Shown: positions 18,093-29,026 of the stretch, piece by piece | Numbering within the stretch: position 1 is the stretch's first letter | How the letters are laid out: the number at the start of each line of letters is the position of its first letter | Source of the DNA: Bacteroidales bacterium | GTDB lineage: Bacteria > Bacteroidota > Bacteroidia > Bacteroidales > CAIWKO01 | Direction: 5' to 3' | DNA: 64,000 bases | Assembly: GCA_035389045.1 (NCBI GenBank) | Contig: DAOORA010000003.1 | Location: 62,001 to 126,000 of the forward strand | Program-made: the position numbers and the translations under genes | Notes under the pieces: model-generated | Seen by the model: the letters and a program-made list of their open reading frames with translations, nothing else | What the model was told of the DNA's origin: nothing | The model's database searches: none

Positions 18093-20639
18093 ATGAAAAA
18101 AATAGCGGGAATCTTATTATTAACAGGATTTGTTTCTTTTTTTGCATATCAAGGTTATTCGCAGATAAGTCAGGGCGGCAAACCATTGAGCTTCGACCCT
18201 GAATATGCAGCATTTCTGGCCGCCGAAATACCTGTGGCAGTGATGCCGTTTGTTGATGTGGCAGCGCTGCAAAAGGAGGACATAGCCATGGATAAAATAA
18301 AAGATATTCCGTGGCGCTTTGGCCAAAACCTTGATGTCATTTTGAATCCTGCAAACAGCGGGATCAATGAAGTGCTGCCCGACGGTGGCAAACTTTGGCG
18401 GCTTCGTGTCGTATCTGAGGGCGCACAAACCATAAATCTGATGTTCGATCGTTATTTTCTCCCTGCCGGCGCAAAACTTTTTATCTATAATGATGAGCAT
18501 TCTGTGGTATTAGGGGCATTTACTGATTTTAATAACCAGTCCGACAAAGTTTTTGCAACAACACTGGTCCGGGGTGAGGCAGTAACGTTGGAATATTATG
18601 AACCTGCAAATGTTTCATTTTCGGGAGAACTGAATTTGTCTCGGGTTACACATGGGTACAGGGGTTTGAAGGAATTTTTTAAAGATTTTGGCGATGCCGG
18701 AAGTTGTAATTTGAATGTTGCCTGTAGTCAGGCCTCGGGATGGACCAACCAGATACGTTCAGTATGTATGCTGGTTGTCAATGGTTCCGGTTTTTGCACG
18801 GGGGCAATGATCAATAACACCAGTAATGACGGAACCCCGTATGTTCTGACCGCTAATCACTGTTACAGTAATCCTTCATCATGGGTTTTCTGGTTCAACT
18901 ATCAAAGTTCCACATGTACCAATCCCGCTAACGAACCTGTTGCCAATTCCGTGTCAGGTGGCACCCTGAAAGCGAAAAATTCCGCTTCTGACTTTTGCCT
19001 GGTACAGATAAACAGCAACCCGCCTGCTGCCTGCAATGTTTACTATTCGGGATGGAACAGGACGCTGGACAATTCGATAACGGGAACGGCCTATGGGATA
19101 CATCATCCTTCGGGGGACATCAAAAAATTCAGTTATTCCACGACTGGGGCAAGCACCACTACCTATCTGAATAATACGGTTCCCGGCGACGGAAGCCATT
19201 GGAGAATCACCAGCTGGAGCGATGGCACAACCACAGAAGGAGGATCTTCAGGTTCCCCTTTGTATGATAATAATCACAGAATTATCGGCCAATTGCATGG
19301 CGGATATGCAGCCTGTAACAATACCTCGTCGGACTGGTACGGAAAGTTTGGCGTTTCATGGACCGGGGGCGGCTCCAACACCACGCGCCTGAGCAACTGG
19401 CTGGATCCGGGAAACACCGGTGCGACCGTTCTGAATGGTTATGACCCCGGAGTAACAGCAGCCCCGGTGGCAAATTTTACGGCTGATGTAACGAGCAGCT
19501 GTACGGGAACTGTTGTTTTTACAGATCAATCAACAAATACTCCCACAAGCTGGTCATGGATTTTTGGTGATGGCGGAACATCAAACGCTCAAAACCCGGT
19601 ACATCATTATACGGCCAACGGGGTATATTCTGTATCACTCACGGCATCAAATGCTTCAGGAAATAATTCCATAACAAAAACCAATTATATTACTATAAAC
19701 AAACCGTCAGGCCCGTCCGTCACCGGAGCCACGGTCTGTAATCCCTCGTCTGCAACATTGAGCGCCTCAGGCAGCGGAACCATCAAATGGTATAATTCCC
19801 CGGGAAGCAGCACCGTGCTGCATACCGGGAATACCTTTACTACGCCGGTCTTGTCAAATACTACCACGTATTACGCAGAAGATAACATTACCGGCGCTGT
19901 TACGCATGGCGGAAAAGCAGATACCACAGGAGGAGGGGGTATGTTTACCCAGCCATACGTGCACTATAATGTTTTTAATTGTTATATTCCCCTGGTATTA
20001 CAAACCGTTAAAATTTATGCCAATGCCGCACAGACCGGGAAAGTTATTACATTGCAAAATGCTTCGGGCACCATACTGGCCACAGCAACCGTTAATCTTT
20101 CAGCGGGAATAAATACGGTAACACTGAATTTTTCATTACCTGTGGATACAGGACTTAGATTGGTAGGTCCGGCTTCACCGGGCTGGTACAGGAATAGTTC
20201 GGGAGTTGTATATCCGCTGACTACGGCAGGTAAATTTTCAATTATCCGCAGCAGTGCAGGGCCCCCGGCAACCAATCCGTATTATTATTATTTTTATGAT
20301 TGGGTGGTTAAAGAAAACAACTGTATAAGCACCAGAACCCCTGTTACAGCTAATGTCATCAATTGTGCAGCCTTGCCGGAAACAGAAAACCCTGTTGTTG
20401 AAGTTATGCCTAATCCGGTAAACGATATTCTGTACATACATTTCGACCGGATACCGGCTTCCGTTTATCATATTGAAATTTTCAATTTATTAGGCCAAAG
20501 TGTTCATAAACAATCCAATGTTAATTTATCCGGAGATTTTCGTCAGGCTGTTGATGTAAGACACTTGCTGAAAGGAATATATGTTATCAGGATAAAAACC
20601 AACAATCTTAATAAAACGTTCAAATTCAACAAGATCTGA
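18093..20639 (+). CDS. Secreted trypsin-like (lysyl-endopeptidase-type) serine protease with PKD, Ig-like and T9SS type-A CTD
   Basis: LTANHC, SDF, GGSSGSP catalytic triad; PKD WSWIFGDG; C-terminal VMPNP...GIYVIRI...FKFNKI. Confidence 0.9.
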   Translation: MKKIAGILLLTGFVSFFAYQGYSQISQGGKPLSFDPEYAAFLAAEIPVAVMPFVDVAALQKEDIAMDKIKDIPWRFGQNLDVILNPANSGINEVLPDGGKLWRLRVVSEGAQTINLMFDRYFLPAGAKLFIYNDEHSVVLGAFTDFNNQSDKVFATTLVRGEAVTLEYYEPANVSFSGELNLSRVTHGYRGLKEFFKDFGDAGSCNLNVACSQASGWTNQIRSVCMLVVNGSGFCTGAMINNTSNDGTPYVLTANHCYSNPSSWVFWFNYQSSTCTNPANEPVANSVSGGTLKAKNSASDFCLVQINSNPPAACNVYYSGWNRTLDNSITGTAYGIHHPSGDIKKFSYSTTGASTTTYLNNTVPGDGSHWRITSWSDGTTTEGGSSGSPLYDNNHRIIGQLHGGYAACNNTSSDWYGKFGVSWTGGGSNTTRLSNWLDPGNTGATVLNGYDPGVTAAPVANFTADVTSSCTGTVVFTDQSTNTPTSWSWIFGDGGTSNAQNPVHHYTANGVYSVSLTASNASGNNSITKTNYITINKPSGPSVTGATVCNPSSATLSASGSGTIKWYNSPGSSTVLHTGNTFTTPVLSNTTTYYAEDNITGAVTHGGKADTTGGGGMFTQPYVHYNVFNCYIPLVLQTVKIYANAAQTGKVITLQNASGTILATATVNLSAGINTVTLNFSLPVDTGLRLVGPASPGWYRNSSGVVYPLTTAGKFSIIRSSAGPPATNPYYYYFYDWVVKENNCISTRTPVTANVINCAALPETENPVVEVMPNPVNDILYIHFDRIPASVYHIEIFNLLGQSVHKQSNVNLSGDFRQAVDVRHLLKGIYVIRIKTNNLNKTFKFNKI

Positions 20640-20748
20640 TACAAATGATCAGAATTTTTTTCCCGTTTGCTGAGATCATATACATTCCCTGAAATTTTCG
20701 GCAACAACAGTCTGGTTTGTTACTGCAAGTATGAACAACTGCAGTATG

Positions 20749-21022
20749 CCTGTCCGCTGCCCGGCAGACAGGGTTGGTAAATTTTTTTCATTGGACTATT
20801 TCAGATAATGGCAATGGGGATAACTTGCAATAAAGGCATTCATAATCAGTTATATATGCTACCTTCTAAGAAACAATTCGGTTTTTTCCGGAATAGGTTT
20901 GCCGATATCAGGCGCGCAGGTACTTCCTGGCGTGCCTGCCCGACGGTCAGGCGGGCGGGCAGGCGGCGGCGTGAATCAGAAAACATTTGAAAATCTGCAA
21001 ATGCCCCCGCTAACGGCGGGGT
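20749..21022. repeat. Cluster of REP-like GC palindromes
   Basis: cctgtccgctgcccggcagacagg (20749-20772), cctgcccgacggtcaggcgggcgggcagg (20935-20963), and gcccccgctaacggcgggg (~21003), the last a degenerate copy of 35486-35515. Confidence 0.55.
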
Positions 21023-21130
21023 TTCCCGGCCAGCTATGCTGCATCAGGACTTATGTCGTTTTCCTGCTGGCAGACAATAACAATATCGTCTGTGAGGGTA
21101 TCGCTTGTTTATTATGAACTATGGATTCCG

Positions 21131-21192
21131 TTTCAAAAAATGCGTTTAACTTTCAAAAAACGCCCTTTAACATCAAAAAATGAGCCTTTAAC
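21131..21192 (+). repeat. Three ~21-bp direct repeats (regulator binding site candidate)
   Basis: tttcaaaaaatgcgtttaac / tttcaaaaaacgccctttaac / atcaaaaaatgagcctttaac. Confidence 0.7.
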
Positions 21193-21292
21193 TGATTTTG
21201 CTGTTTTTGGAACTGAACGGAAGGTATTTTTACCATAAAACGGAATTTTAAAAGAAAGGATAACCATGTTACCTACACAAAATGTAAAAACA

Positions 21293-21382
21293 ATGAAATC
21301 AGTTAGTTCATATGTGTTATGGCTGATTTTTGCAGTCTGGATGCTTGTTCTTCTTGCTGTTATTGTCCTGTTTGAATATTAG
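21293..21382 (+). CDS. Candidate 29-aa single-pass membrane microprotein (38 aa if started at 21266)
   Basis: MKSVSSYVLWLIFAVWMLVLLAVIVLFEY*; A-rich initiation region; below the ORF-track size cutoff. Confidence 0.45.
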   Translation: MKSVSSYVLWLIFAVWMLVLLAVIVLFEY

Positions 21383-21584
21383 GTGTGAGAATCTATAAAT
21401 GAACAAATTATATATAAGCATTAAGAAAAACAGGATATAGCAATATATTTTTTTGGGCCCGAAAGGTCTTTTGTCGACGTTTAATGGATCAATAATAATT
21501 CTAAAAAGCACCGCAGTTTTGCATAAAGAAAGTACCAAGCTTCTTTTATACAGTCTCTTTTTTTAATTTTGCAAAAACAAAGGC

Positions 21585-22544
21585 ATGACAAAAACAGATT
21601 TGAAAGATGCACTTGAAAAGAATGATGTTGAGCTTTTAGCCGGGATTCCCAAGAGCGATCTGCATAATCATTCCGTGCTGGGAAGCCGCATGGGGATGCT
21701 GGAAAAGTGGTGCGGAAAAAATTTTATAAGGCCATGCCAGAAGATGACTTCTTTTCAGGATTTTGAAAAATTTCTTGATAAAGCTTTTGAGGAAGTTTTG
21801 CTGCAGGAAGGTTTTTTCGGGTATGTCCAGAAGGCTGCTTTTATACAGGCTAAAAATGATGGGGTAAGTGTCCTGCAGATGAGTATTGATTCCCGGTTCT
21901 ATCGGGTTGTTGATTCTGAAGGTGCAGGAATCACCGGGATAGTACAAAAGGCATACAAAGAAACGGCGCCGGAAATTGTGTTTGTTCCCCAGCTCGGGCT
22001 TGATCGCAAACATAAACTTAAACAACTGCTGTATGAGGCGGAATTGCTTCTGGAAACGGGATATTTCAAATCTATAGACCTTTACGGAGATGAGCTGTTT
22101 GGTGATATAAAGAACTTTGTTTCCTTGTATCGGAAAGCCAAAGGGAAGGGACTTGTTCTGACAGCTCATGCCGGGGAATACGGTACTGCAGAATCGGTAA
22201 GGACGGCTGTTGAACTTTTAGGACTTGAACAGGTTCAGCACGGTATTGCGGCCGCACAATCCGTTGAAGTGATGAAATGGCTGGCAGATAACAAAATAAT
22301 TCTTAACATTTGCCCTACGAGCAACGTAATGCTTTGCAGGGCAGAATCTATTGCAAAACATCCTGTCAGAACGCTTTTTGATCATGGTGTTAAAGTAACC
22401 ATCAATACGGACGACCTGATGGTATTCAACCAGTCAGTAAGCGATGAGTACTTAAGTCTTTACAGGGCAAAGGTGTTTAATGATGATGAGCTTAATGAAA
22501 TAAGAATGAATGGCTTACGTGTTTTTGACACGGAAAGACATTAG
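21585..22544 (+). CDS. Adenosine/adenine deaminase-family amidohydrolase
   Basis: PKSDLHNH, TAHAGE, HG, CPTSN, INTDD motifs. Confidence 0.9.
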   Translation: MTKTDLKDALEKNDVELLAGIPKSDLHNHSVLGSRMGMLEKWCGKNFIRPCQKMTSFQDFEKFLDKAFEEVLLQEGFFGYVQKAAFIQAKNDGVSVLQMSIDSRFYRVVDSEGAGITGIVQKAYKETAPEIVFVPQLGLDRKHKLKQLLYEAELLLETGYFKSIDLYGDELFGDIKNFVSLYRKAKGKGLVLTAHAGEYGTAESVRTAVELLGLEQVQHGIAAAQSVEVMKWLADNKIILNICPTSNVMLCRAESIAKHPVRTLFDHGVKVTINTDDLMVFNQSVSDEYLSLYRAKVFNDDELNEIRMNGLRVFDTERH

Positions 22545-22608
22545 TTTTTTTTATCCGGATAAGCAAAATTTAATTAAAGGGTATATCTTTGCTAATAAAA
22601 GGACAAAA

Positions 22609-23304
22609 ATGAAATTTGGAGTTGTAATATTCCCCGGATCAAACTGCGATCACGATCTTTTGTATGTTCTGAAAAAAATTCTGAAACAGGAAGTTGTTGC
22701 GCTGTGGCACAAGGATAAAGATTTACAGGATTGTGATTTTATTTTCCTTCCCGGTGGGTTTTCTTATGGCGATTATCTCCGGTCGGGAGCCATTGCCCGC
22801 TTTTCGCCCATTATGGAAAAAGTAATCGATTATGCTGAAAAAGGCGGTTATCTGATGGGCATTTGCAATGGTTTTCAGATTCTTTGCGAAGCCAAACTGC
22901 TTCCGGGGACACTGCTTCATAATAACAACCAGAAATTTATCTGTAAAAATGTATTTATAAAACCGGTTTCTAAAAAAGCGGCGCCGGTTAAGTATCTTGA
23001 TCCGAAAACAGTGCTGAAAATTCCTGTTGCACATGCCGAAGGAAGGTATTATGCTGATAAGAAAACAATAAAACAACTGTACGAAAATGATCAGATACTA
23101 TTTAAGTATTGTGATGCTTCGGGTAACATCAATGAAGAATCCAACCCAAACGGGACCACAGATAACATTGCCGGAATCTGTAATCTTCGCCGGAATGTTT
23201 TTGGTATGATGCCGCATCCCGAAAGGGCTTGCGACAATGAGCTCGGAAATACCGACGGAAAACAGATTCTGGATTCACTATTGAAGGCTTTATCCAAAAA
23301 GTAA
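22609..23304 (+). CDS. purQ: Phosphoribosylformylglycinamidine synthase glutaminase subunit
   Basis: [37 protein letters not shown]; start at 22609 downstream of TATCTTTG (22584-22591). Confidence 0.96.
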   Translation: MKFGVVIFPGSNCDHDLLYVLKKILKQEVVALWHKDKDLQDCDFIFLPGGFSYGDYLRSGAIARFSPIMEKVIDYAEKGGYLMGICNGFQILCEAKLLPGTLLHNNNQKFICKNVFIKPVSKKAAPVKYLDPKTVLKIPVAHAEGRYYADKKTIKQLYENDQILFKYCDASGNINEESNPNGTTDNIAGICNLRRNVFGMMPHPERACDNELGNTDGKQILDSLLKALSKK

Positions 23305-23311
23305 TCTGATC

Positions 23312-24391
23312 TTGAAGAAAATATTGTTTATCGTCGCTCATAGGCCCGGCAGGTCGCCGGGACAGCGGTTTCGTTTTGAGCAATATCTTGATTATCTGGT
23401 TGAAAGGGGTTTTTCTTATAGATTCTCTTATCTGCTCAACGAAAAGGACGATAAGACCTTTTACAGCAACGGACATTATTTCAGAAAATTTCTTATTCTT
23501 ATGAAAAGTATTTGGCTGAGATTCAATGATATAAAGAGATCCCGGGAATATGATATTGTTTTTATTTATCGTGAAGCCATTATGCTGGGCAGTGTGTTTT
23601 TCGAAAAAAGGTTTAAAAAAAGCGGGGCAAAGATAATTCTTGATTTTGATGATGCTATCTGGCTGATGGATGTTTCTGAAGGTAATAAAAATCTGAGTTG
23701 GCTGAAACGTCCGTCCAAAACCGCGGATATTCTCCGGCTTTCCGATACTGTTTTTGTTGGAAATAGTTATTTATCCAGGTATGCGGAACAATTCAACACC
23801 AATGTGAATGTTATTCCGACCACGCTGGATACCGAGAAAATCAAAACGAAGACTCACAACACATCCGGGAAAATCTGTATTGGCTGGACAGGTTCATATA
23901 CAACGCTGAAACACTTTGAATTAGCCGTTTCCTTTTTAAAAAAAATACAGGAAAAATACCCTGGGGAAATAAAAATTAAACTTATTTCAAATGTGAATCA
24001 TGTCGAAGGGCTTGATATCTCGTTCTGCCCATGGACAAAAGAAAAGGAAACCGAAGATATCAGCGAGTTTGATATAGGTATTATGCCTTTGCCCGATGAC
24101 GAATGGTCTCGGGGCAAATGCGGATTCAAAGGCCTGCAATATATGGCGCTTGGTATCCCGGCAGTAATGTCGCCGGTTGGGGTAAATACTGAAATTATTA
24201 AAAACGGAGAGAATGGTTTCCTGGCAAACTCTGATGAAGAATGGATCGACAAATTATCCATGCTGATAGAATCCGCGGAGTTAAGGATGAAAATCGGCAA
24301 GAACGGGCGCAAAACCGTCGTGGAAAAATACTCCTTCAATGCCTGGAAAGACAGATATGTGAGTTTTTTTGAAGAACTGATCGCTAAATAA
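23312..24391 (+). CDS. Glycosyltransferase family 4 protein
   Basis: DFDDAIW, IGWTGS, DIGIMPL...[16 protein letters not shown]...NGFLA. Confidence 0.9.
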   Translation: MKKILFIVAHRPGRSPGQRFRFEQYLDYLVERGFSYRFSYLLNEKDDKTFYSNGHYFRKFLILMKSIWLRFNDIKRSREYDIVFIYREAIMLGSVFFEKRFKKSGAKIILDFDDAIWLMDVSEGNKNLSWLKRPSKTADILRLSDTVFVGNSYLSRYAEQFNTNVNVIPTTLDTEKIKTKTHNTSGKICIGWTGSYTTLKHFELAVSFLKKIQEKYPGEIKIKLISNVNHVEGLDISFCPWTKEKETEDISEFDIGIMPLPDDEWSRGKCGFKGLQYMALGIPAVMSPVGVNTEIIKNGENGFLANSDEEWIDKLSMLIESAELRMKIGKNGRKTVVEKYSFNAWKDRYVSFFEELIAK

Positions 24392-24393
24392 TA

Positions 24394-26880
24394 TTATTCG
24401 TAATAATATATTCGTTTAACGCGGCCCGACACAGAGGTCAGAACTTCGTAAGGGATGGTGTCGAGTTTATCCGCAAGTTCCTTGATGGTATCCGGATCAT
24501 TAAATACATAGACCGTGTCTCCTTCACTGGCATCAATATTCGTGATGTCAATCATACACATATCCATGCATACATTGCCTATTACAGGAGCTTTTATCCC
24601 GTTAACGATCAGGTATCCGTTACCGTTTCCAAGCCTGCGGTTCAGTCCGTCGGCATATCCTATAGGAACAATGGCAATCCTGGTCTTTTTATGTGCGGTC
24701 CATTTTCTGCCGTAGCCCACACTATCCGATTCCGAAATGGTTTTTATCTGCGAAATGATGGTACGCAACGTGCTTACATTCTGAAGATTCTGCTGCTCTT
24801 CTTCATAAAAAGAAATACCGTACAAACCGATCCCGAGTCTTACCATGTCAAAATGAGCGCCGGTAAAACGGGATATTCCAGCGGAGTTTAATACGTGAAC
24901 CATGAAAGGGGTAGTTATTTCCTGCCTGAGTTGTGCACAAACTTTTTCAAGAGTATGTATCTGCTGCCTGGAAAACTCATCTTCATTTTTGTTTTCACTG
25001 GCTGCAAGATGTGTAAAAACCGACCGAACCTCTATGCTGTTGTTTTGTTTAAGCACCCTGATCAGTTCATCGGTTTCTTCGGGTAAAAACCCAAGCCGGT
25101 GCATGCCTGTGTCAATTTTGATGTGAATGGGTAATTTCTGCTGTTCTTTTGTTTCGTAGGCCGTAATGGTTTCAATGAGCAGACGGAGTGTTCTGAAATT
25201 ATATATTTCCGGTTCAAGATCATATTTACTCAGCAGACCATAGCTTTCTTCTTCGGGATTCATCACCATGATGGGCGTGGATATCTGTGCTTTACGCAGT
25301 TCAATGCCTTCATCGGCATAGGCAACAGCAAGATAATCAATATTGTGGTACTGTAACACATTGGCAATTTCATATCCGCCGCTCCCATACGAAAGTGCCT
25401 TGACCATGGCCATTACCTTAGTGCCGTTTTTTATTTTTGACTGATAATAGTTCAGATTATGTACCAAAGCATTCAGGTTTATCTCAAGGACCGTTTCATG
25501 TGATTTTTGCTGCAGCATGCGGCTTATCTGTTCAAAAACAAATATACGGGCGCCTTTTATGAGAATGGTTTCGTTGTGAAAAGCAGAGCCGGGAACTTTT
25601 TCCAAAAAGGCATCCGTATCAATGAAAAAAGATTTTTTTACCGGAAAAAGATTTTCATACCTTGAAATACAGGGGCCGATACCAATAATGCGGCTTACGC
25701 CTTTTGAAACAAGCAAATTGGCTATTTCCGCATATAAAACATCATCGGCTAATGAACTTTGAAGAATATCAGATAAAATCACCGTTTTGTTTTGATGCTG
25801 TTTTTGCTGGTTCATGAAATCAAGGGCGATTACCAGAGAGTTCAGATCCGAACTGTAGGAGTCGTTGATAATGGAGCAGTTGTTTATCCCTGCTTTCAAT
25901 TCAAGTCTCATTGCAACGGGAACAAGGGTCTGCATTCTTTCTGATATCATGGTGTTTTCATATCCGAGATATAACATTAATGACCAGCAGTGAATGGCAT
26001 TTTCAATGGAAGCATCATCCGTAAACGGTATACAAACCGAAATATCGTTTGATTTATAAGCGGCGGTTATGATGCTCTGATTTTGATTTTTATCAATTTT
26101 TAATATCTTAAGATCCGGTTTGTTTTTGTATCCCCAGGAAAAGAAATGATTTTTCCTGAAAATGCCGGATTGAATGATACGATCCTGAATATCATAATTA
26201 TCAGAACAATAGATAAGGGTTTCAGTTTTTGTGAAAAGGTTCAGTTTTTCGCCCACTTTTTGACGGATGTCAATAAAGTTTTTTTCATGGGCAGCACCGA
26301 TATTTGTAAAAATACCGATAGTCGGGTTTATAATGGGCTGAAGGATTTTCATTTCTTCAGGTTCGGAAATGCCCGCTTCAAAAATTGCCAGGTCATTTTC
26401 GGGCTGCATTTCCCATACCGATAAGGGGACACCGATCTGCGAATTGTAACTTTTCGGGCTGCGGACAATATTTTTATCGGGTGCAAGCAACTGAAAAAGC
26501 CATTCTTTAACAATAGTTTTTCCGTTACTTCCTGTGATCCCGATTACCGGCATGTTAAACTGACGACGATGGTGTGCGGCCAGTGCCTGAAGTGCTGCCA
26601 GGGTGTCCTTAACGAGGATAAAAGCGGCTTCAGGATAATTATCGGTGTTTTCAGGAAACGATGACACGACGAAGTTGCGGATACCTTTTTCGTAAAGGTC
26701 GGAAAGATAATTGTGCCCGTTATTTTTTCGTGTCACCAGGGCAAAAAACAGCGAATTTTCAGCGGAAACAATTTTTCTGCTGTCGATGAGCAGGTGCCTG
26801 ACAAGATAGTCGCAGGCATCGTTTTTATTCAGGCTGCCTTTGACAATAGCAGCTATTTCGGAAATAGTATAAGAGGCCAT
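24394..26880 (-). CDS. alr: Bifunctional MurF-like ligase / alanine racemase
   Basis: N-terminal IGITGSNGKT Mur-ligase P-loop; C-terminal AMVKALSYG PLP lysine, HIKIDTGMHRLG, IGYADG, GNVCMDM. Confidence 0.93.
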   Translation of the reverse strand: MASYTISEIAAIVKGSLNKNDACDYLVRHLLIDSRKIVSAENSLFFALVTRKNNGHNYLSDLYEKGIRNFVVSSFPENTDNYPEAAFILVKDTLAALQALAAHHRRQFNMPVIGITGSNGKTIVKEWLFQLLAPDKNIVRSPKSYNSQIGVPLSVWEMQPENDLAIFEAGISEPEEMKILQPIINPTIGIFTNIGAAHEKNFIDIRQKVGEKLNLFTKTETLIYCSDNYDIQDRIIQSGIFRKNHFFSWGYKNKPDLKILKIDKNQNQSIITAAYKSNDISVCIPFTDDASIENAIHCWSLMLYLGYENTMISERMQTLVPVAMRLELKAGINNCSIINDSYSSDLNSLVIALDFMNQQKQHQNKTVILSDILQSSLADDVLYAEIANLLVSKGVSRIIGIGPCISRYENLFPVKKSFFIDTDAFLEKVPGSAFHNETILIKGARIFVFEQISRMLQQKSHETVLEINLNALVHNLNYYQSKIKNGTKVMAMVKALSYGSGGYEIANVLQYHNIDYLAVAYADEGIELRKAQISTPIMVMNPEEESYGLLSKYDLEPEIYNFRTLRLLIETITAYETKEQQKLPIHIKIDTGMHRLGFLPEETDELIRVLKQNNSIEVRSVFTHLAASENKNEDEFSRQQIHTLEKVCAQLRQEITTPFMVHVLNSAGISRFTGAHFDMVRLGIGLYGISFYEEEQQNLQNVSTLRTIISQIKTISESDSVGYGRKWTAHKKTRIAIVPIGYADGLNRRLGNGNGYLIVNGIKAPVIGNVCMDMCMIDITNIDASEGDTVYVFNDPDTIKELADKLDTIPYEVLTSVSGRVKRIYYYE

Positions 26881-26894
26881 GATAATAATCCTGA

Positions 26895-27992
26895 TTAATT
26901 ATCTTTTCCCGTTTCGTCGTCGGAGCGTTTTTGTGCAGAAAATTTGAGGGGGTTGGCAGACAATGTATCAAAACTTTGGCGATGGTGGAAAATATCACAG
27001 GCTAAGAATATTGCATTGCGAAAAGATTCGGGAGATGCCATATTTTTGCCGGCGATGTCATAAGCGGTTCCGTGTGCCGGCGATGTACGGACAATTGGGA
27101 GTCCGGCCGTGTAATTCACGCCATCGTCAAAAGCAATGATCTTAAAGGCGATCATGCCCTGATCGTGATACATGGCAAGCACCCCGTCGAACTGCCGGTA
27201 TTTGAGGGATCCGAAAAAGCCATCGGGCGGATAAGGACCAAAACATAGGATGTTTTCGGATTGTGCTTTTTTCATTGCCGGAATGATCACGGTTTTTTCT
27301 TCGTTTCCGATAAGACCATCATCGCCGGAATGAGGATTCAAACCCAGCAGGGCAATTTTGGGTCTTTGGATGCCAAAATCACGTATCAGCGAGTTGTTCA
27401 TCACGATAAGCTTACGGGTGATAAGATCTTCTGTGATCGTTTCCGAAATATTTTTAACAGGAACATGTCCGCTTACAAAACCCAAACGTAAATCTCTGGC
27501 AACCATCATCATAAGGTAGTTTGAAGCGTTAAAACGCCCGGCAAGATATTCGGTATGGCCATTGAATGTAAAGCTGCCGGATTGAATATTTTTTTTGTTG
27601 ATTGGAGCCGTTACCAACACATCGATATATTTATTTTTCAGGTCACTGGTTGCCATGTCGAGTGCTACAAGTGCGAGTTTTCCTGCAATTTCAGTTGATT
27701 CACCTATGTCAATCTTTACTTCCTGCTCGGTAACATTTACAATATTCTGCCGTTTGGCTCCGGCGAGTTCGGCTTTTTTTACCAGGTTAAAATTAAAGTC
27801 AGTAATATTCAGCGCCTTACGATGATAGGAGGCAATTTTAGAAGATCCATACACCACCGGAGTGCATAATTCGAGTATACGCGGCTCCATAAGTGTTTTA
27901 ATAATTACTTCATAGCTGATGCCGTTGAAATCGCCATGGGTGATACCTACAACAATTTTACGGTCTTTATCGGGTTCTTTCGGATTTGCCAT
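26895..27992 (-). CDS. pdxA: 4-hydroxythreonine-4-phosphate dehydrogenase
   Basis: VTAPINK, GHTEYL, GLNPHSGD, AMYHDQG, RTSPAHGTAYDIAG. Confidence 0.95.
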   Translation of the reverse strand: MANPKEPDKDRKIVVGITHGDFNGISYEVIIKTLMEPRILELCTPVVYGSSKIASYHRKALNITDFNFNLVKKAELAGAKRQNIVNVTEQEVKIDIGESTEIAGKLALVALDMATSDLKNKYIDVLVTAPINKKNIQSGSFTFNGHTEYLAGRFNASNYLMMMVARDLRLGFVSGHVPVKNISETITEDLITRKLIVMNNSLIRDFGIQRPKIALLGLNPHSGDDGLIGNEEKTVIIPAMKKAQSENILCFGPYPPDGFFGSLKYRQFDGVLAMYHDQGMIAFKIIAFDDGVNYTAGLPIVRTSPAHGTAYDIAGKNMASPESFRNAIFLACDIFHHRQSFDTLSANPLKFSAQKRSDDETGKDN

Positions 27993-28092
27993 TTCAATGA
28001 TATTTTTCACAAACTTACATAAAAAATAGTTATAGCCGATGAGAAAAGCAGGCAAGATATATCAAAACGGCGGACCTGATTTCCGGACAGGG

Positions 28093-28932
28093 TTATTCTT
28101 CCCAAAAAATATTTGGGGGGATACTGTCTATTATTTTATTTTTCAGGCCGTAACGAAATAAATAATTGATGGCATCTCTTCCTTTGTCGCCAAGGCTTCT
28201 GGAATATTGGTTCACATATAATTCAATATGTTTATTAATAATATCGTCAGCCATCTCAGAGGAGTGTTCTTTAATAAAACCGTTCGACGATTCCGGATTC
28301 TGTAAGGCATATTCCACGCTGGCTTTCATAATTCTGCCCAGTTTTGATTTCAATTCATCAGGCATATCCCTTCTCACGACAATACCCCCGAGGGGGATCG
28401 GGAAACCGGTTTTCTGTTCCCAGTATTCACCCAGATCACAAAGTTTTATCAGCCCCTTTTCCATATATGTAAAACGGGTTTCATGAATAATTACACCTGC
28501 ATCAACAATCCCTTTTAAGATTTTGTTTTCAATTTTATTAAAAATTATTTCATGGATATCGGATGTCTCGGGATAGGCAAAATTCAGTAAAAAGGCGCCT
28601 GTGGTGTATTTTCCGGGTATGGCGATGGTCAGATTGTTGATTTCTGCATCGGTATAATTTTTTTTACTAATCAGCAATGGCCCGCAACGAGTCCCCATGG
28701 CGCTTCCGGCATCGAGTAGCTGGTATTTGCCTGCAAGATACAAAAATGCGTGAAAGCTTACCTTTGTCATGTCGAGATCCTCGTCAAAAGCCCTTTGGTT
28801 CAAGCGCTCAATATCTTCTGCATCGCAGATGAAATCAATGCCTTCAGTGTCAATTTTATTGTTGATCAGAGCATCAAAAATAAAGGTATCGTTAGGACAA
28901 GGCGAAAATCCCAATTTTATTATATAAGACAT
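28093..28932 (-). CDS. mqnD: 1,4-dihydroxy-6-naphthoate synthase (futalosine pathway)
   Basis: LGFSPCPNDTFIF, IAIPGKYTT, GVIIHETRF, PIPLGG, HIELYVN. Confidence 0.92.
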   Translation of the reverse strand: MSYIIKLGFSPCPNDTFIFDALINNKIDTEGIDFICDAEDIERLNQRAFDEDLDMTKVSFHAFLYLAGKYQLLDAGSAMGTRCGPLLISKKNYTDAEINNLTIAIPGKYTTGAFLLNFAYPETSDIHEIIFNKIENKILKGIVDAGVIIHETRFTYMEKGLIKLCDLGEYWEQKTGFPIPLGGIVVRRDMPDELKSKLGRIMKASVEYALQNPESSNGFIKEHSSEMADDIINKHIELYVNQYSRSLGDKGRDAINYLFRYGLKNKIIDSIPPNIFWEE

Positions 28933-29026
28933 GTTTAAGTCAGATTTTTGAATACAGAAGTCAGAACTATTTTTTGTGCAAAAATATTGCTAAAAAGGAC
29001 AAGAGTTGAACAAGACTGAATTTTTT

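Noticed and set aside
21131..21192. CRISPR array (also considered for the 70-bp repeats and the ctctgtg repeats)
   Set aside because: No unique spacers between regularly spaced identical repeats and no cas genes.
24394..26880. MurF-Alr fusion as a novelty
   Set aside because: This fusion is well known in Bacteroidota.
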